Source: an uncultured Clostridia bacterium
Lineage (GTDB): Bacteria; Bacillota; Clostridia; Christensenellales; UBA1242
DNA length: 64,000 nucleotides
Assembly (NCBI GenBank): GCA_944372465.1
Contig: CALVZG010000031.1
Coordinates: forward strand, 3,410-67,409
Direction of reading: 5' to 3'
Shown here piece by piece: positions 56,401 through 64,000 of the stretch. The stretch's first letter is position 1, and the number at the start of each line of letters is the position of its first letter. The notes under the pieces were generated by a model. It was not told where the DNA came from, ran no database searches, and was given only the letters and a program-made list of their open reading frames with translations. Made by a program: the position numbers and the translations under genes.

Positions 56401-59400
56401 TATCCTACAAATCTCACAGCCACAAACGGAGAAATCGTTGCATTATTTGAGGGTGGTTCGATAACTGTAGAGAATGAAAATGGAATAAATGAAACATATT
56501 ATATGATAGACGAAAATTCAATAGAGTATATTGAAAGTAGTGGAAGGTATCAAATAATACTAACAGTTAATGATGAGTTTGTTAAGTATGCAGAAAATTA
56601 TGAAAGCGAGATGAAAGGAACTTTATATATAGTTGCTAGAGATTGGCTAGATGAAAATAACAATATATTAAGCGACTATCAAAGTTTGGCGATAACAATA
56701 GATGTAAGATTTGCAAATGGTACAGAGCAAAATAGATTTAACATTTCTAGCACTGATGATTTAATAAATATGAATTTGTCAGCACATTATAGAATAAATA
56801 CAACAATAGATGTTTCTACTATAAGTGATAAATTACCTCTTGGAACATTGAAAGGTTCAATTGTTGGTACAAGTGAATATTCAGAAATTACTGGGATAAA
56901 CATAATTAATTATTCTACAGGAAGTGATGAAAATAATTATTATGGTTTATTCTCATCTATTGCAGAAGGTGCATATATAGAATATGTTTCATTTTCAGGA
57001 CAATTCAATATAGGCGAAGAAGAGAATCAATCATCATATGCTAAAAGTAATAGTTACATAGGTATTGTAGCGGGCATTAATAATGGAACATTGATAAACA
57101 TAGGTGTAACTATATCTAGTTCTCAAATTAATGTTACAAGTGGGTATATCGGAGGTGTAGTAGGTTACAATAATGGAAGTATTATTCAAGACTACACACT
57201 CTTTGAAGATAATTCATCTAATACAAGAAGTTATAACGAAATACAATTAAAAAATGAAAATGGTAATTATGATATTGTTGGAGCAGGCAGATATAGTTAT
57301 GCTGGATATAACCCAAAAATTCTTACATACATGACAGGGGATATAATAGTTAATTATATTTCAAATCAATCTTTACAAGGTTCATTAAATACTTATGTTG
57401 GTGGTGTAATTGGTTATAATAATGGAAGTATAACAAAAATAGATACAAAAGTTTTAAATTTTGCAGGATATACAAACTATTTGGTATATTCTTTGATAAA
57501 AGTAGAGCCGGTCTTATTTGGAAGTTCTTCTTCAATAACAAATATGACATATGTAGGAGCCCTTGTTGGTTTCAGTAGCAATAATAGTTCTATATATAGT
57601 GGTTATAATAATTATCAAAATGACACTTTATCATTTACAAAATATTTATATTATGAAAATTCAATTCAGTCAAATACTACAAACGACTATACTGCAGGTC
57701 AAGGTATTGTTGTAGGTGGAGAAGTTAGTGGATATGACTATGTTGGAGGAGTAATAGGATATATAGACACAGTAGGAGAAAATGGTATATCAATAAATGA
57801 TTTTACAGGAATTACATCTCGAACATTTGTAACAGGTTATCTGTCTTCTTCGGCAACACCAACACCAGCCCGCGTAGCAGGAATAGTATATATAAATAAT
57901 GTTGAAACATTAACATCTGCTTTTGCTCTACAAGCAGTAGATGTCGGGAATGCAGGCATAAACGCTTCAATGATTGTAATTTATAATACATCTATAATAG
58001 ACGCATATTATAGTAATGTAGAAGAAAACATAGCAAATTCAAATAAACTTGCTTTTGGAATATCAACAAATAATATTGTAGCGGTCATGAATGGAGTAGA
58101 GGGCGAGAAACAAGAGAATATTAATTATACCAATGTATACTCATATGTTGTATCAAGAGAAAGACTTTTGTTAGCTCAAGATAGCAGTAGTTTAACTATA
58201 AATAATTTAACAAAGACATCATATTATGGTGATTTTATAATTGTTGGTGATAATGGTAGTACGCTTTTAGGGCAATCATTCTTTACAAGTGGAGGAACAG
58301 AATTTTTATCATTAAAGGCAAATTATAATAATAAATTAGAAGCAAATGACTATCCTGAATATCAAGGAATAGGCAATAATGAAATATATTATATGTTTTA
58401 TTTTAAAGCTTCTTCAACAAATTCTTCATCAACTGGTGAAGATTATCAATATCTTCTTGATACATATATGAATTATGTAAGTTATGGAAGTATATTGTAT
58501 CCATTTATAACTAATGGGGAAATGATATTTACATCAAATACTCGAAGCGTGCTTACAATAGATCAAAATGGCAGAATACATGTGTTAGGCACAGGGCTTG
58601 CTCAAATTTCTGCAACAAGTATATTAAATACTAATAATGCAATAGATTTTTATATATATGTTGTTAATTATTTTAATCCTGATGAACCAACTTTTACTGA
58701 TGGTGAAGAAAAAGATAATTCAATAATATATCCTAATGGTTCGGCATCATCACTTCCTATTGATGATACTACTATAAATTTAAGAGGACAAAATAGTGCA
58801 ATATTGTATGTTAGACCTAATTACACTTTAAGTATGAGTATATCTTCAAGCACAAGTAGTAATCAAACTTTTGAGTCTAATGCTTTAGGAGAGGCAACTT
58901 TAAATAATGTAGTATTTAATTTGGAAACTAACAATGTAGTTACAGCCCAAATAACAAGCGTCCAAAAGTTAAATTCAGAAGGGATAATGGAAGAAGCAAC
59001 AGAAGAACTTGATATTGAAATTACAGGTCAAACAATAACAATAAGACGCAATGAAAATACAACAGAAAGTGATTATAAATTAGTAATAAACCCACAACTT
59101 CAAATTACATTTAATGAAACAGATAAGAATACAAACAACCAAGTTGAAATTGTATATTCATCAAATGTTAATAAACAACTTGATAATGTTATAGTAAATT
59201 ATAGAAAAGGTGCTTCATCAATAAATAATTCAAAATATAATGAAGTTACGCTTTTATCAAGCAAAAAAGTAGAAGATTTAATAATTATTAATTCTACTGC
59301 ATTAGAAGAAACTCCATATTATTACATAGTAGGTTTAAACAATGAAAATATTCAAGGAAGCGAAGCACTAAAAGACTTAGGTTTTTCTTTCTTGTATGAT

Positions 59401-62400
59401 ATAGAGCCTTCAAATAATTATGGAGAAAACTTCCTATTTGACATAACTTTCTTGAAAGATGCAAACAACTCGACTGATTTAACAAATCAAAAATTTAATT
59501 TAACAATATCAGTAAACAAAAATTCACAAGCATATGTTAATAGATATATAGAAAATATATATGGTCAGTATACAATTTACATTCTTGCTCAATCAAATAC
59601 ATCAGTTTATACTGCTATTACAATAAATTTTGAGCAAACTAGTATAACTTCAGTTGTAATAGACAATTATTCAAATTTATCAGAAGCAACAGGCAATGCA
59701 GGGATTACGACAAATTCAGAATATGCTTATCCAGGTACGACAGGTCTTATTGCTATTACAATAACACCTGAAGATAGTGATTTTGATTATATTTTGATAG
59801 AGAACGCAGAAAGTAATTATCAAGCAGGGAATGCTTCTGCTACATTTGGTTTTCTTGCTAGAAAGGCAAATTCTCAAGGGGAAGACAATATATTTGATGA
59901 TAAATCAATAGTAGGTTCAACAACTGCAACAGGCTTAAAAATAAATTTAGATAATATAATAAAAACTTATAATCAAACAGATGATAAAGGACAAAATCTA
60001 TATTATATTTATAATGGAGTAATATATATAAGTTATAATATGGATTCATATAATGTAAATGATGAAAGCATAACATCAATTAAAATTACATTGATGAAAG
60101 ATGGGGTAGAAGCCTATACTGTAACTAAAAATTTAACAATTAGATTACAAAATTATGTAACTGTTGAATTAGATGGTAAAACGCCAACAAGTTCAAATGA
60201 AGGTGGATATTATGCGACATATACAGTTGCAAGAGGTTTAAGATATAAATTAAACATAAATTCTTACGGATATCTTTCTACAAGCATATCAGCCCCACAA
60301 TTATCAAATAATACATTAGCAAATATTGTAGAAGAAAATGGTGAGTATTATCTAGAAATCACTTCAAATAATATAGATTATAATGCTAATTCATTTAATA
60401 TCACTATTACTGCAACACAGAAAGATGGTGATGTGGTGCGAACTTCAACAAGTACAACACATATAGTGGTTCAAGAATATGTAGTTAATTATAACGGAGA
60501 GAATGTAGGCAAAAGTGAAGATATTGTAAGCGGAATGGGAGATGGACAAATCAACATTCAAGTTGGTACACAAACAACATTTAGTATAGATATTTATAAT
60601 TTTATTGAATATGATGAAACAAATGTTGAAATTGTAAATAGCGTGGCATATTTTATGCAAAGTCTTGCTACAGAAGGATTATGGAAAGTCAACACGAATT
60701 TGATAAGCGATACTCAACCTGATTATGCAGAGGCAGATGAAAATGGATTGGTTTATTATTTAGGTTATGATGAAAACGGGCAGATAATTTCTGGGAATAA
60801 TTATTACTTTAATTATAGTGGACTTAATTTTATACCTATAAGAACTCATGTCCCTGAAGATAGATTTTATTATATTAACTTCTATGCTAATTTTACATAT
60901 TCAAGTTCTAATGGAACATATATGGTTTTAAAGTCAACGCAAAATGATGATAATATAGTTATAGGCAGTCAAACAGTACACACTGAATTTGTCCTTAATG
61001 TATATTCATCAAGTAGCGAAGAAAGTCCTATTCCAATATATGATTATAGTGATTTCTTGAATATGCAATCAGGAGGATATTATATACTATTAAATGATAT
61101 AACACTTCCTAATGTTTCAAACATAGAGAAAGGTATTGAGGCATATACTCCACAAAATGCAAATTTCAAGTCTTTAGATGGAAACGGTCATACAATAAAC
61201 TTTGCTGGTAAATATGATATGGGTTCATTAACAGATATAGGCTTATTTACAAGATTGTCAGAAGGCTGTGTAATCAAAAATCTAAATGTAAATTTCACAT
61301 CGGCAACTGATGGTTCAGATTTGAATATAGAACAAAATGATTATGGTTGGTATGGTTTACGAACAGTTAAATTTGTAACAACAGCAGATAGTTTTAATTT
61401 TGGTTCAATTGTTGTAGATAACCAAGGAATAATAACTAATTGCAAGGTAACAACTGACAATGTAAATGGAAATGAGTATTATATTGTTGTGGAAGCAAAC
61501 AATGCATTATTCGGCTCAAGTTATATGGGCGGACTTGTGTCATCTAATTCTGGATATATCACTAATTGTTCAGTTTCTGTCAATATGAAAACACCATATT
61601 ATATGGGTGGTGTAGTAGCACAAAATTCAGGGAAAATTGCATCAACATATTTTAAAGATGGTATTTTAATAAATAATTCACAACAAAATCAACATGTTGC
61701 AGGCTTTGTAGTAACAAATAGTAGTTCTGGTCAAATAATAACAAGTTATGTATCTGGTAAACAGTCAAGTACATCATTATTTAGTAAAGATACTGATAGT
61801 TATATTATGTCAACAATATCATCTGCAGGATTTGTATTCGAAAATCAAGGAAGTATAAGTGATTGTTATACAGACATATTATTATCAAAGACTACTGGTG
61901 ATATGGCTGGATTTGCTTACTATAATAGTGGAACTATCAGAAATTCATTCTCACTTTCTCAACTACGAAATAATGTTACTGCTTCTGCAGGTTTTGCAAG
62001 ATACAACACTCAAGAAGGGACCATAGGTACTTTTGAAAATTGTTATTATTTCTATAACGAAGCACAAGATAGAACTACAGTAGGGCAAACATCAAATTAT
62101 TTGAGTGATGATGGATTTATAATAAATGAATTAGATATCAATACTTCAGTTATCCCAATTTCATATGAGGGCATAGAGAAGTTGAATGCTGGAGGATTTT
62201 CAAACATAGAAGAAAATTTTGGAAGTTATTCATATCAATCATCAATAGGAGTAAATGCGGTTTGGTTCTTTAGTACGGGGAATACTTCAACGACATATGT
62301 AGATTACATTCCAACAACTGAAAAAATTGAGATATCTGGAGATGGTGAAAATGTACAAACAAATACAGTGTACACAACTCAACTAAAAACTTTCGGATTA

Positions 62401-64000
62401 AACAGGTTGGAACTTGTAAGTCCAAACATCGCAACACTTTCAATAAGAAACTTTAGTTACTCTGAAATAGATGCAACAACAGGAGAAACAAATTATTATT
62501 ACATTGATGACGCTTCAGCTCCAAATAGAGGTTCAATTCATAACCCAAGATTAATATATGATGCAAATACAATGGAGTCGGAAATATTAGAACAAAATTC
62601 CAATACAAATTCTAATACAACAAATTATAGAATTATAAGTGATATAGATTATTCGGATTATGATGGTTTATCTCAATTATATAAAACAACATTTGCTGGA
62701 ATTTTAGAAGGTAATGGAATGGAAATTTCAAGAATAAGTCTTGTTTCCATGGATAATTTGACAAGTGCAGGATTATTTGCACAAATAGGAAGTTCAGCAA
62801 ATAGAACAGGGGCGGTTAAGAATTTAACAATCATACCAACTCAAATAGCATTTACAAATACAAATAGTGTAGGTGCTCTTGCTGGAACTCTCCGATATGG
62901 ATATATTTATGATATAACGGTAAATGCGGGGACAACTACAAATGTCGTAATTGGTCAAAACTTCGTTGGTGGAGTTGTTGGACGGGCTATAACATCTTAC
63001 ACAATAAAAAATGTATCAAGTAATATAAGTGTGTCAGCAACATATACATCTTCACTTGATAACATATATTCAGAAACAACTTCAAATTTAGATAGTTATT
63101 CATATGCAGGAAGTGTAGCTGGATATTTAGGAACAGGTAATATATACAATATAAATGTAAGTAATGTAAATTCAATTTTGGGAAGCCGTGCTGGATTAGC
63201 CTTTGGAGGTATAGGGAATAAAGCAAATGTACAATATGTTTATGTTGATGTAAAACAAGACAGTATTATAAGAGCTTACCATTATGGCGGATATGTAGCG
63301 GGAGAAATTTCAGGTAATTTAAGTTATGTGCAAGTATCAAATAATCAAAATGTAGAAGAAACATTTGTGGTAGTTCCAAGAGCAGCAAGCGCTGTGGGAG
63401 GAATAACTGGTTTACTTTCAGGAGGAAAGATAAGCAATGCGGTAATGGAACAAAGTTTTAAGGCTACATCAGTAAGTTCGTCATCAAATGTAATCAAGTA
63501 TGTAGGAGGAATTGCTGGAATTGTAACAGATGCAGGTAATACTCCATCATACATAGAATATTGTGTAGTAAATGCTAGTATAGAAAGTTCTTCTATTTTA
63601 GGTGGTGCTGTAGGTCAGGTAGAAAATGCTGTTATAGCAGATAACATAGCAATCAAGAGTTCGTCATTAACTGTCAGTGGACAATCAATAAATCCATATT
63701 TAGGCGGAATAATAGGGTACTTGACTAATGATAACAATTCATCTTTAACTATGACAAATAGTTATTGCACAACACCTTTAACTATAAATACAAGCACATC
63801 AGGTGTGGAATCTACAGCTTCAGCTGGTGGGTTAATAGGTTATGCAGAAAGGACTCCAACATTAGCATATTGTTATACAACATCAACAATATCAGCAACT
63901 GTTGTTGATAATAGGTCTATATCAAGTGTAACTGATTATAGTAATGTAACTTCTGATAACGATAATAACGATAATATTGCTATATTTAACTATGTTATAA
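53464..64000 (+). CDS. giant surface lipoprotein (over 3,512 aa, 3' end beyond the window) with Ig-like domains and three GLUG-repeat beta-helix modules
   Basis: Not in the supplied track because it has no stop in the window. AAGGAAGG RBS. The ATG at 53464 gives MTNSKKLSMFIFSLLLVVAGFLFASCG (lipobox FASC). I translated 53464-58680, 58981-59160 and 61021-63999 by hand without meeting a stop. No other plus-strand ORF of 60 aa or more is listed anywhere in 53379-64000. GLUG-type repeats include YIGGVVGYNNGSIIQDY, YMGGLVSSNSGYITNCS, LGGIIGYLTNDN and AGGLIGYAE. A Big_2-like segment reads VLTIDQNGRIHVLGTGLAQISATS. Confidence 0.85.
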   Translation, partial: MTNSKKLSMFIFSLLLVVAGFLFASCGAKNYSNVTLTASQEEIILFANEENAQNVTFTINNPVSGMASSLSYSLSNPSICTITVLSTQNYSTTYAITGIKGGFSEFTVKTNEGNISHTIKIQVKQYSSDLTANSNSLYLSLSNQLYPTSADFNFSNNATERELKYYFYGEINNSAEASLDDLIQDGEYSNSFVSASLIEVDNNKYIIFVNEQGLYYTLGQAIEDNRTQNTIYNFLSVEYDNGQYLFNTNIATEVQAGDKLTFYAVNEIETDEILSCQRDFYILVDINYESISYDYGYKIDEYEYTIGSDRLYKIEGASEKEITLIPSYKSVISNGIYIGNTVDYKTIYLAITIEGGNDLIQIKSSVDNLNVINVKKLGQLSENEFTTYYFQIDCASGVGNITNFNVNLYYAGFENSEDSNVNFVYSLPVRIRVIPTNLLVNNVDLTTTEHTYTFYNSYAGQSFGWQEFMFTVNPADAEYESLSINLTGSSLQLRYNNTIYSNQIVEIKDLSIPIYLKGIENSAITTEDQLVSITLYFNVIQNDSLQLELKYKIAQGATLIDYKTEAFKERIYLDYNNTDFVEFLDIYANAQFEDIKVNNISGSDVARFAIDSSNLYEQEGNNYILNLKIKAMTAGTGTYSIVLDNGMQTSLTITVQETLNDVEIITQNQQNSIKYNENIKEENRNSTLFYVYNDENNDTFFDVEIQANNNENSQAITNIQFNINSQIIQLRNATNNNKNFDIYTISNGSSEVELVINGYSITNFVLENKTLYYYLDVVAFSYIENLNVYKEKDGRGNYLDASNVNENIRNYGVNAAYAYVYSGTTQSNAREVKFNITVNNKNAYLFASPELLNYETRITYIKNSFDPSYVYWETDSDQGIQLNGEYVNIMYKSNNYNNIYTIVGLGTFDTETMTFTAFSDLQNERSFKLIAHVRQYGRVYSYTINVRISIYEEVNRITLQESLTEIEFTSTNRQETLIAYPTNLTATNGEIVALFEGGSITVENENGINETYYMIDENSIEYIESSGRYQIILTVNDEFVKYAENYESEMKGTLYIVARDWLDENNNILSDYQSLAITIDVRFANGTEQNRFNISSTDDLINMNLSAHYRINTTIDVSTISDKLPLGTLKGSIVGTSEYSEITGINIINYSTGSDENNYYGLFSSIAEGAYIEYVSFSGQFNIGEEENQSSYAKSNSYIGIVAGINNGTLINIGVTISSSQINVTSGYIGGVVGYNNGSIIQDYTLFEDNSSNTRSYNEIQLKNENGNYDIVGAGRYSYAGYNPKILTYMTGDIIVNYISNQSLQGSLNTYVGGVIGYNNGSITKIDTKVLNFAGYTNYLVYSLIKVEPVLFGSSSSITNMTYVGALVGFSSNNSSIYSGYNNYQNDTLSFTKYLYYENSIQSNTTNDYTAGQGIVVGGEVSGYDYVGGVIGYIDTVGENGISINDFTGITSRTFVTGYLSSSATPTPARVAGIVYINNVETLTSAFALQAVDVGNAGINASMIVIYNTSIIDAYYSNVEENIANSNKLAFGISTNNIVAVMNGVEGEKQENINYTNVYSYVVSRERLLLAQDSSSLTINNLTKTSYYGDFIIVGDNGSTLLGQSFFTSGGTEFLSLKANYNNKLEANDYPEYQGIGNNEIYYMFYFKASSTNSSSTGEDYQYLLDTYMNYVSYGSILYPFITNGEMIFTSNTRSVLTIDQNGRIHVLGTGLAQISATSILNTNNAIDFYIYVVNYFNPDEPTFTDGEEKDNSIIYPNGSASSLPIDDTTINLRGQNSAILYVRPNYTLSMSISSSTSSNQTFESNALGEATLNNVVFNLETNNVVTAQITSVQKLNSEGIMEEATEELDIEITGQTITIRRNENTTESDYKLVINPQLQITFNETDKNTNNQVEIVYSSNVNKQLDNVIVNYRKGASSINNSKYNEVTLLSSKKVEDLIIINSTALEETPYYYIVGLNNENIQGSEALKDLGFSFLYDIEPSNNYGENFLFDITFLKDANNSTDLTNQKFNLTISVNKNSQAYVNRYIENIYGQYTIYILAQSNTSVYTAITINFEQTSITSVVIDNYSNLSEATGNAGITTNSEYAYPGTTGLIAITITPEDSDFDYILIENAESNYQAGNASATFGFLARKANSQGEDNIFDDKSIVGSTTATGLKINLDNIIKTYNQTDDKGQNLYYIYNGVIYISYNMDSYNVNDESITSIKITLMKDGVEAYTVTKNLTIRLQNYVTVELDGKTPTSSNEGGYYATYTVARGLRYKLNINSYGYLSTSISAPQLSNNTLANIVEENGEYYLEITSNNIDYNANSFNITITATQKDGDVVRTSTSTTHIVVQEYVVNYNGENVGKSEDIVSGMGDGQINIQVGTQTTFSIDIYNFIEYDETNVEIVNSVAYFMQSLATEGLWKVNTNLISDTQPDYAEADENGLVYYLGYDENGQIISGNNYYFNYSGLNFIPIRTHVPEDRFYYINFYANFTYSSSNGTYMVLKSTQNDDNIVIGSQTVHTEFVLNVYSSSSEESPIPIYDYSDFLNMQSGGYYILLNDITLPNVSNIEKGIEAYTPQNANFKSLDGNGHTINFAGKYDMGSLTDIGLFTRLSEGCVIKNLNVNFTSATDGSDLNIEQNDYGWYGLRTVKFVTTADSFNFGSIVVDNQGIITNCKVTTDNVNGNEYYIVVEANNALFGSSYMGGLVSSNSGYITNCSVSVNMKTPYYMGGVVAQNSGKIASTYFKDGILINNSQQNQHVAGFVVTNSSSGQIITSYVSGKQSSTSLFSKDTDSYIMSTISSAGFVFENQGSISDCYTDILLSKTTGDMAGFAYYNSGTIRNSFSLSQLRNNVTASAGFARYNTQEGTIGTFENCYYFYNEAQDRTTVGQTSNYLSDDGFIINELDINTSVIPISYEGIEKLNAGGFSNIEENFGSYSYQSSIGVNAVWFFSTGNTSTTYVDYIPTTEKIEISGDGENVQTNTVYTTQLKTFGLNRLELVSPNIATLSIRNFSYSEIDATTGETNYYYIDDASAPNRGSIHNPRLIYDANTMESEILEQNSNTNSNTTNYRIISDIDYSDYDGLSQLYKTTFAGILEGNGMEISRISLVSMDNLTSAGLFAQIGSSANRTGAVKNLTIIPTQIAFTNTNSVGALAGTLRYGYIYDITVNAGTTTNVVIGQNFVGGVVGRAITSYTIKNVSSNISVSATYTSSLDNIYSETTSNLDSYSYAGSVAGYLGTGNIYNINVSNVNSILGSRAGLAFGGIGNKANVQYVYVDVKQDSIIRAYHYGGYVAGEISGNLSYVQVSNNQNVEETFVVVPRAASAVGGITGLLSGGKISNAVMEQSFKATSVSSSSNVIKYVGGIAGIVTDAGNTPSYIEYCVVNASIESSSILGGAVGQVENAVIADNIAIKSSSLTVSGQSINPYLGGIIGYLTNDNNSSLTMTNSYCTTPLTINTSTSGVESTASAGGLIGYAERTPTLAYCYTTSTISATVVDNRSISSVTDYSNVTSDNDNNDNIAIFNYVI

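Noticed and set aside
57350-63554. Five minus-strand ORFs (57350-57550, 59294-59485, 59858-60079, 60445-60660, 62987-63226, 63345-63554) listed in the track
   Set aside because: All lie antisense inside the continuous plus-strand giant ORF. They have low-complexity L/Y/H/N-rich translations and no SD, so they are shadow ORFs.
1-64000. Possibility that the organism uses genetic code 4 (UGA=Trp), suggested by very low G+C and a Mollicutes-style giant lipoprotein
   Set aside because: prfB (RF2) is present with its UGA-dependent frameshift cassette. Several well-supported genes also terminate at TGA at the expected protein end (the gerA A subunit at 18475-18477, the DUF421 gene at 33307-33309, spoIIID at 46354-46356). 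Sporulation genes also argue for a walled Firmicute.
53464-64000. Zinc-metalloprotease (IgA-protease-like, HExxH) identity for the GLUG-containing giant protein
   Set aside because: GLUG modules are known from M26-type proteases. However, scanning the His codons in the translated parts found no in-frame H-E-x-x-H. A catalytic domain beyond the window, or in the untranslated 2.1 kb, cannot be excluded.

Overview
This is a 64-kb window from a very AT-rich chromosome (roughly 30% G+C by eye). The organism looks like an endospore-forming, Clostridia-like Bacillota. It uses the standard code with UGA as stop: RF2 is present with its UGA +1 frameshift site, and several genes end in TGA.

Positions 1-50.5 kb hold tightly packed housekeeping and sporulation/germination genes:
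- tRNA-Glu, comF, recD2, cysS, rpmB, asp23/yloV, tlyA, prfB, tsaD and a U32 peptidase
- a gerA-type A-B-C germinant receptor operon, ftsH, a P-type ATPase, cca and VanW
- a SpoVB-like flippase, a DUF421/DUF4363 pair, pth-mfd-prsA-like, a SpoIIQ-like M23 protein, acpP, spoIIID, fba and hflX

Many intergenic hairpin terminators and near-consensus sigma-A promoters are readable. Several promoters end 6-7 nt before an ATG that has no Shine-Dalgarno, which suggests leaderless mRNAs.

The stand-out locus is 50.7-64.0 kb. It contains a solitary VirB4/TrsE-type (type IV secretion) ATPase with a fused two-helix membrane anchor. No other T4SS gene lies in the 50 kb upstream. Eighty-five bp downstream starts one uninterrupted ORF of more than 10.5 kb (over 3,512 codons, still open at the window edge). 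This ORF is missing from the supplied ORF track. It encodes a lipobox lipoprotein built from Ig-like domains and three GLUG-type beta-helix repeat modules.

Other items worth a second look:
- a perfectly paired 80-nt four-way-junction element at 33717-33796
- an unlisted 52-aa LysM gene
- a cI/Cro-like divergent HTH pair with ACAC-N6-GTGT sites
- a degenerate GlmU-like protein

All family assignments come from motif recognition by eye. No searches were run.
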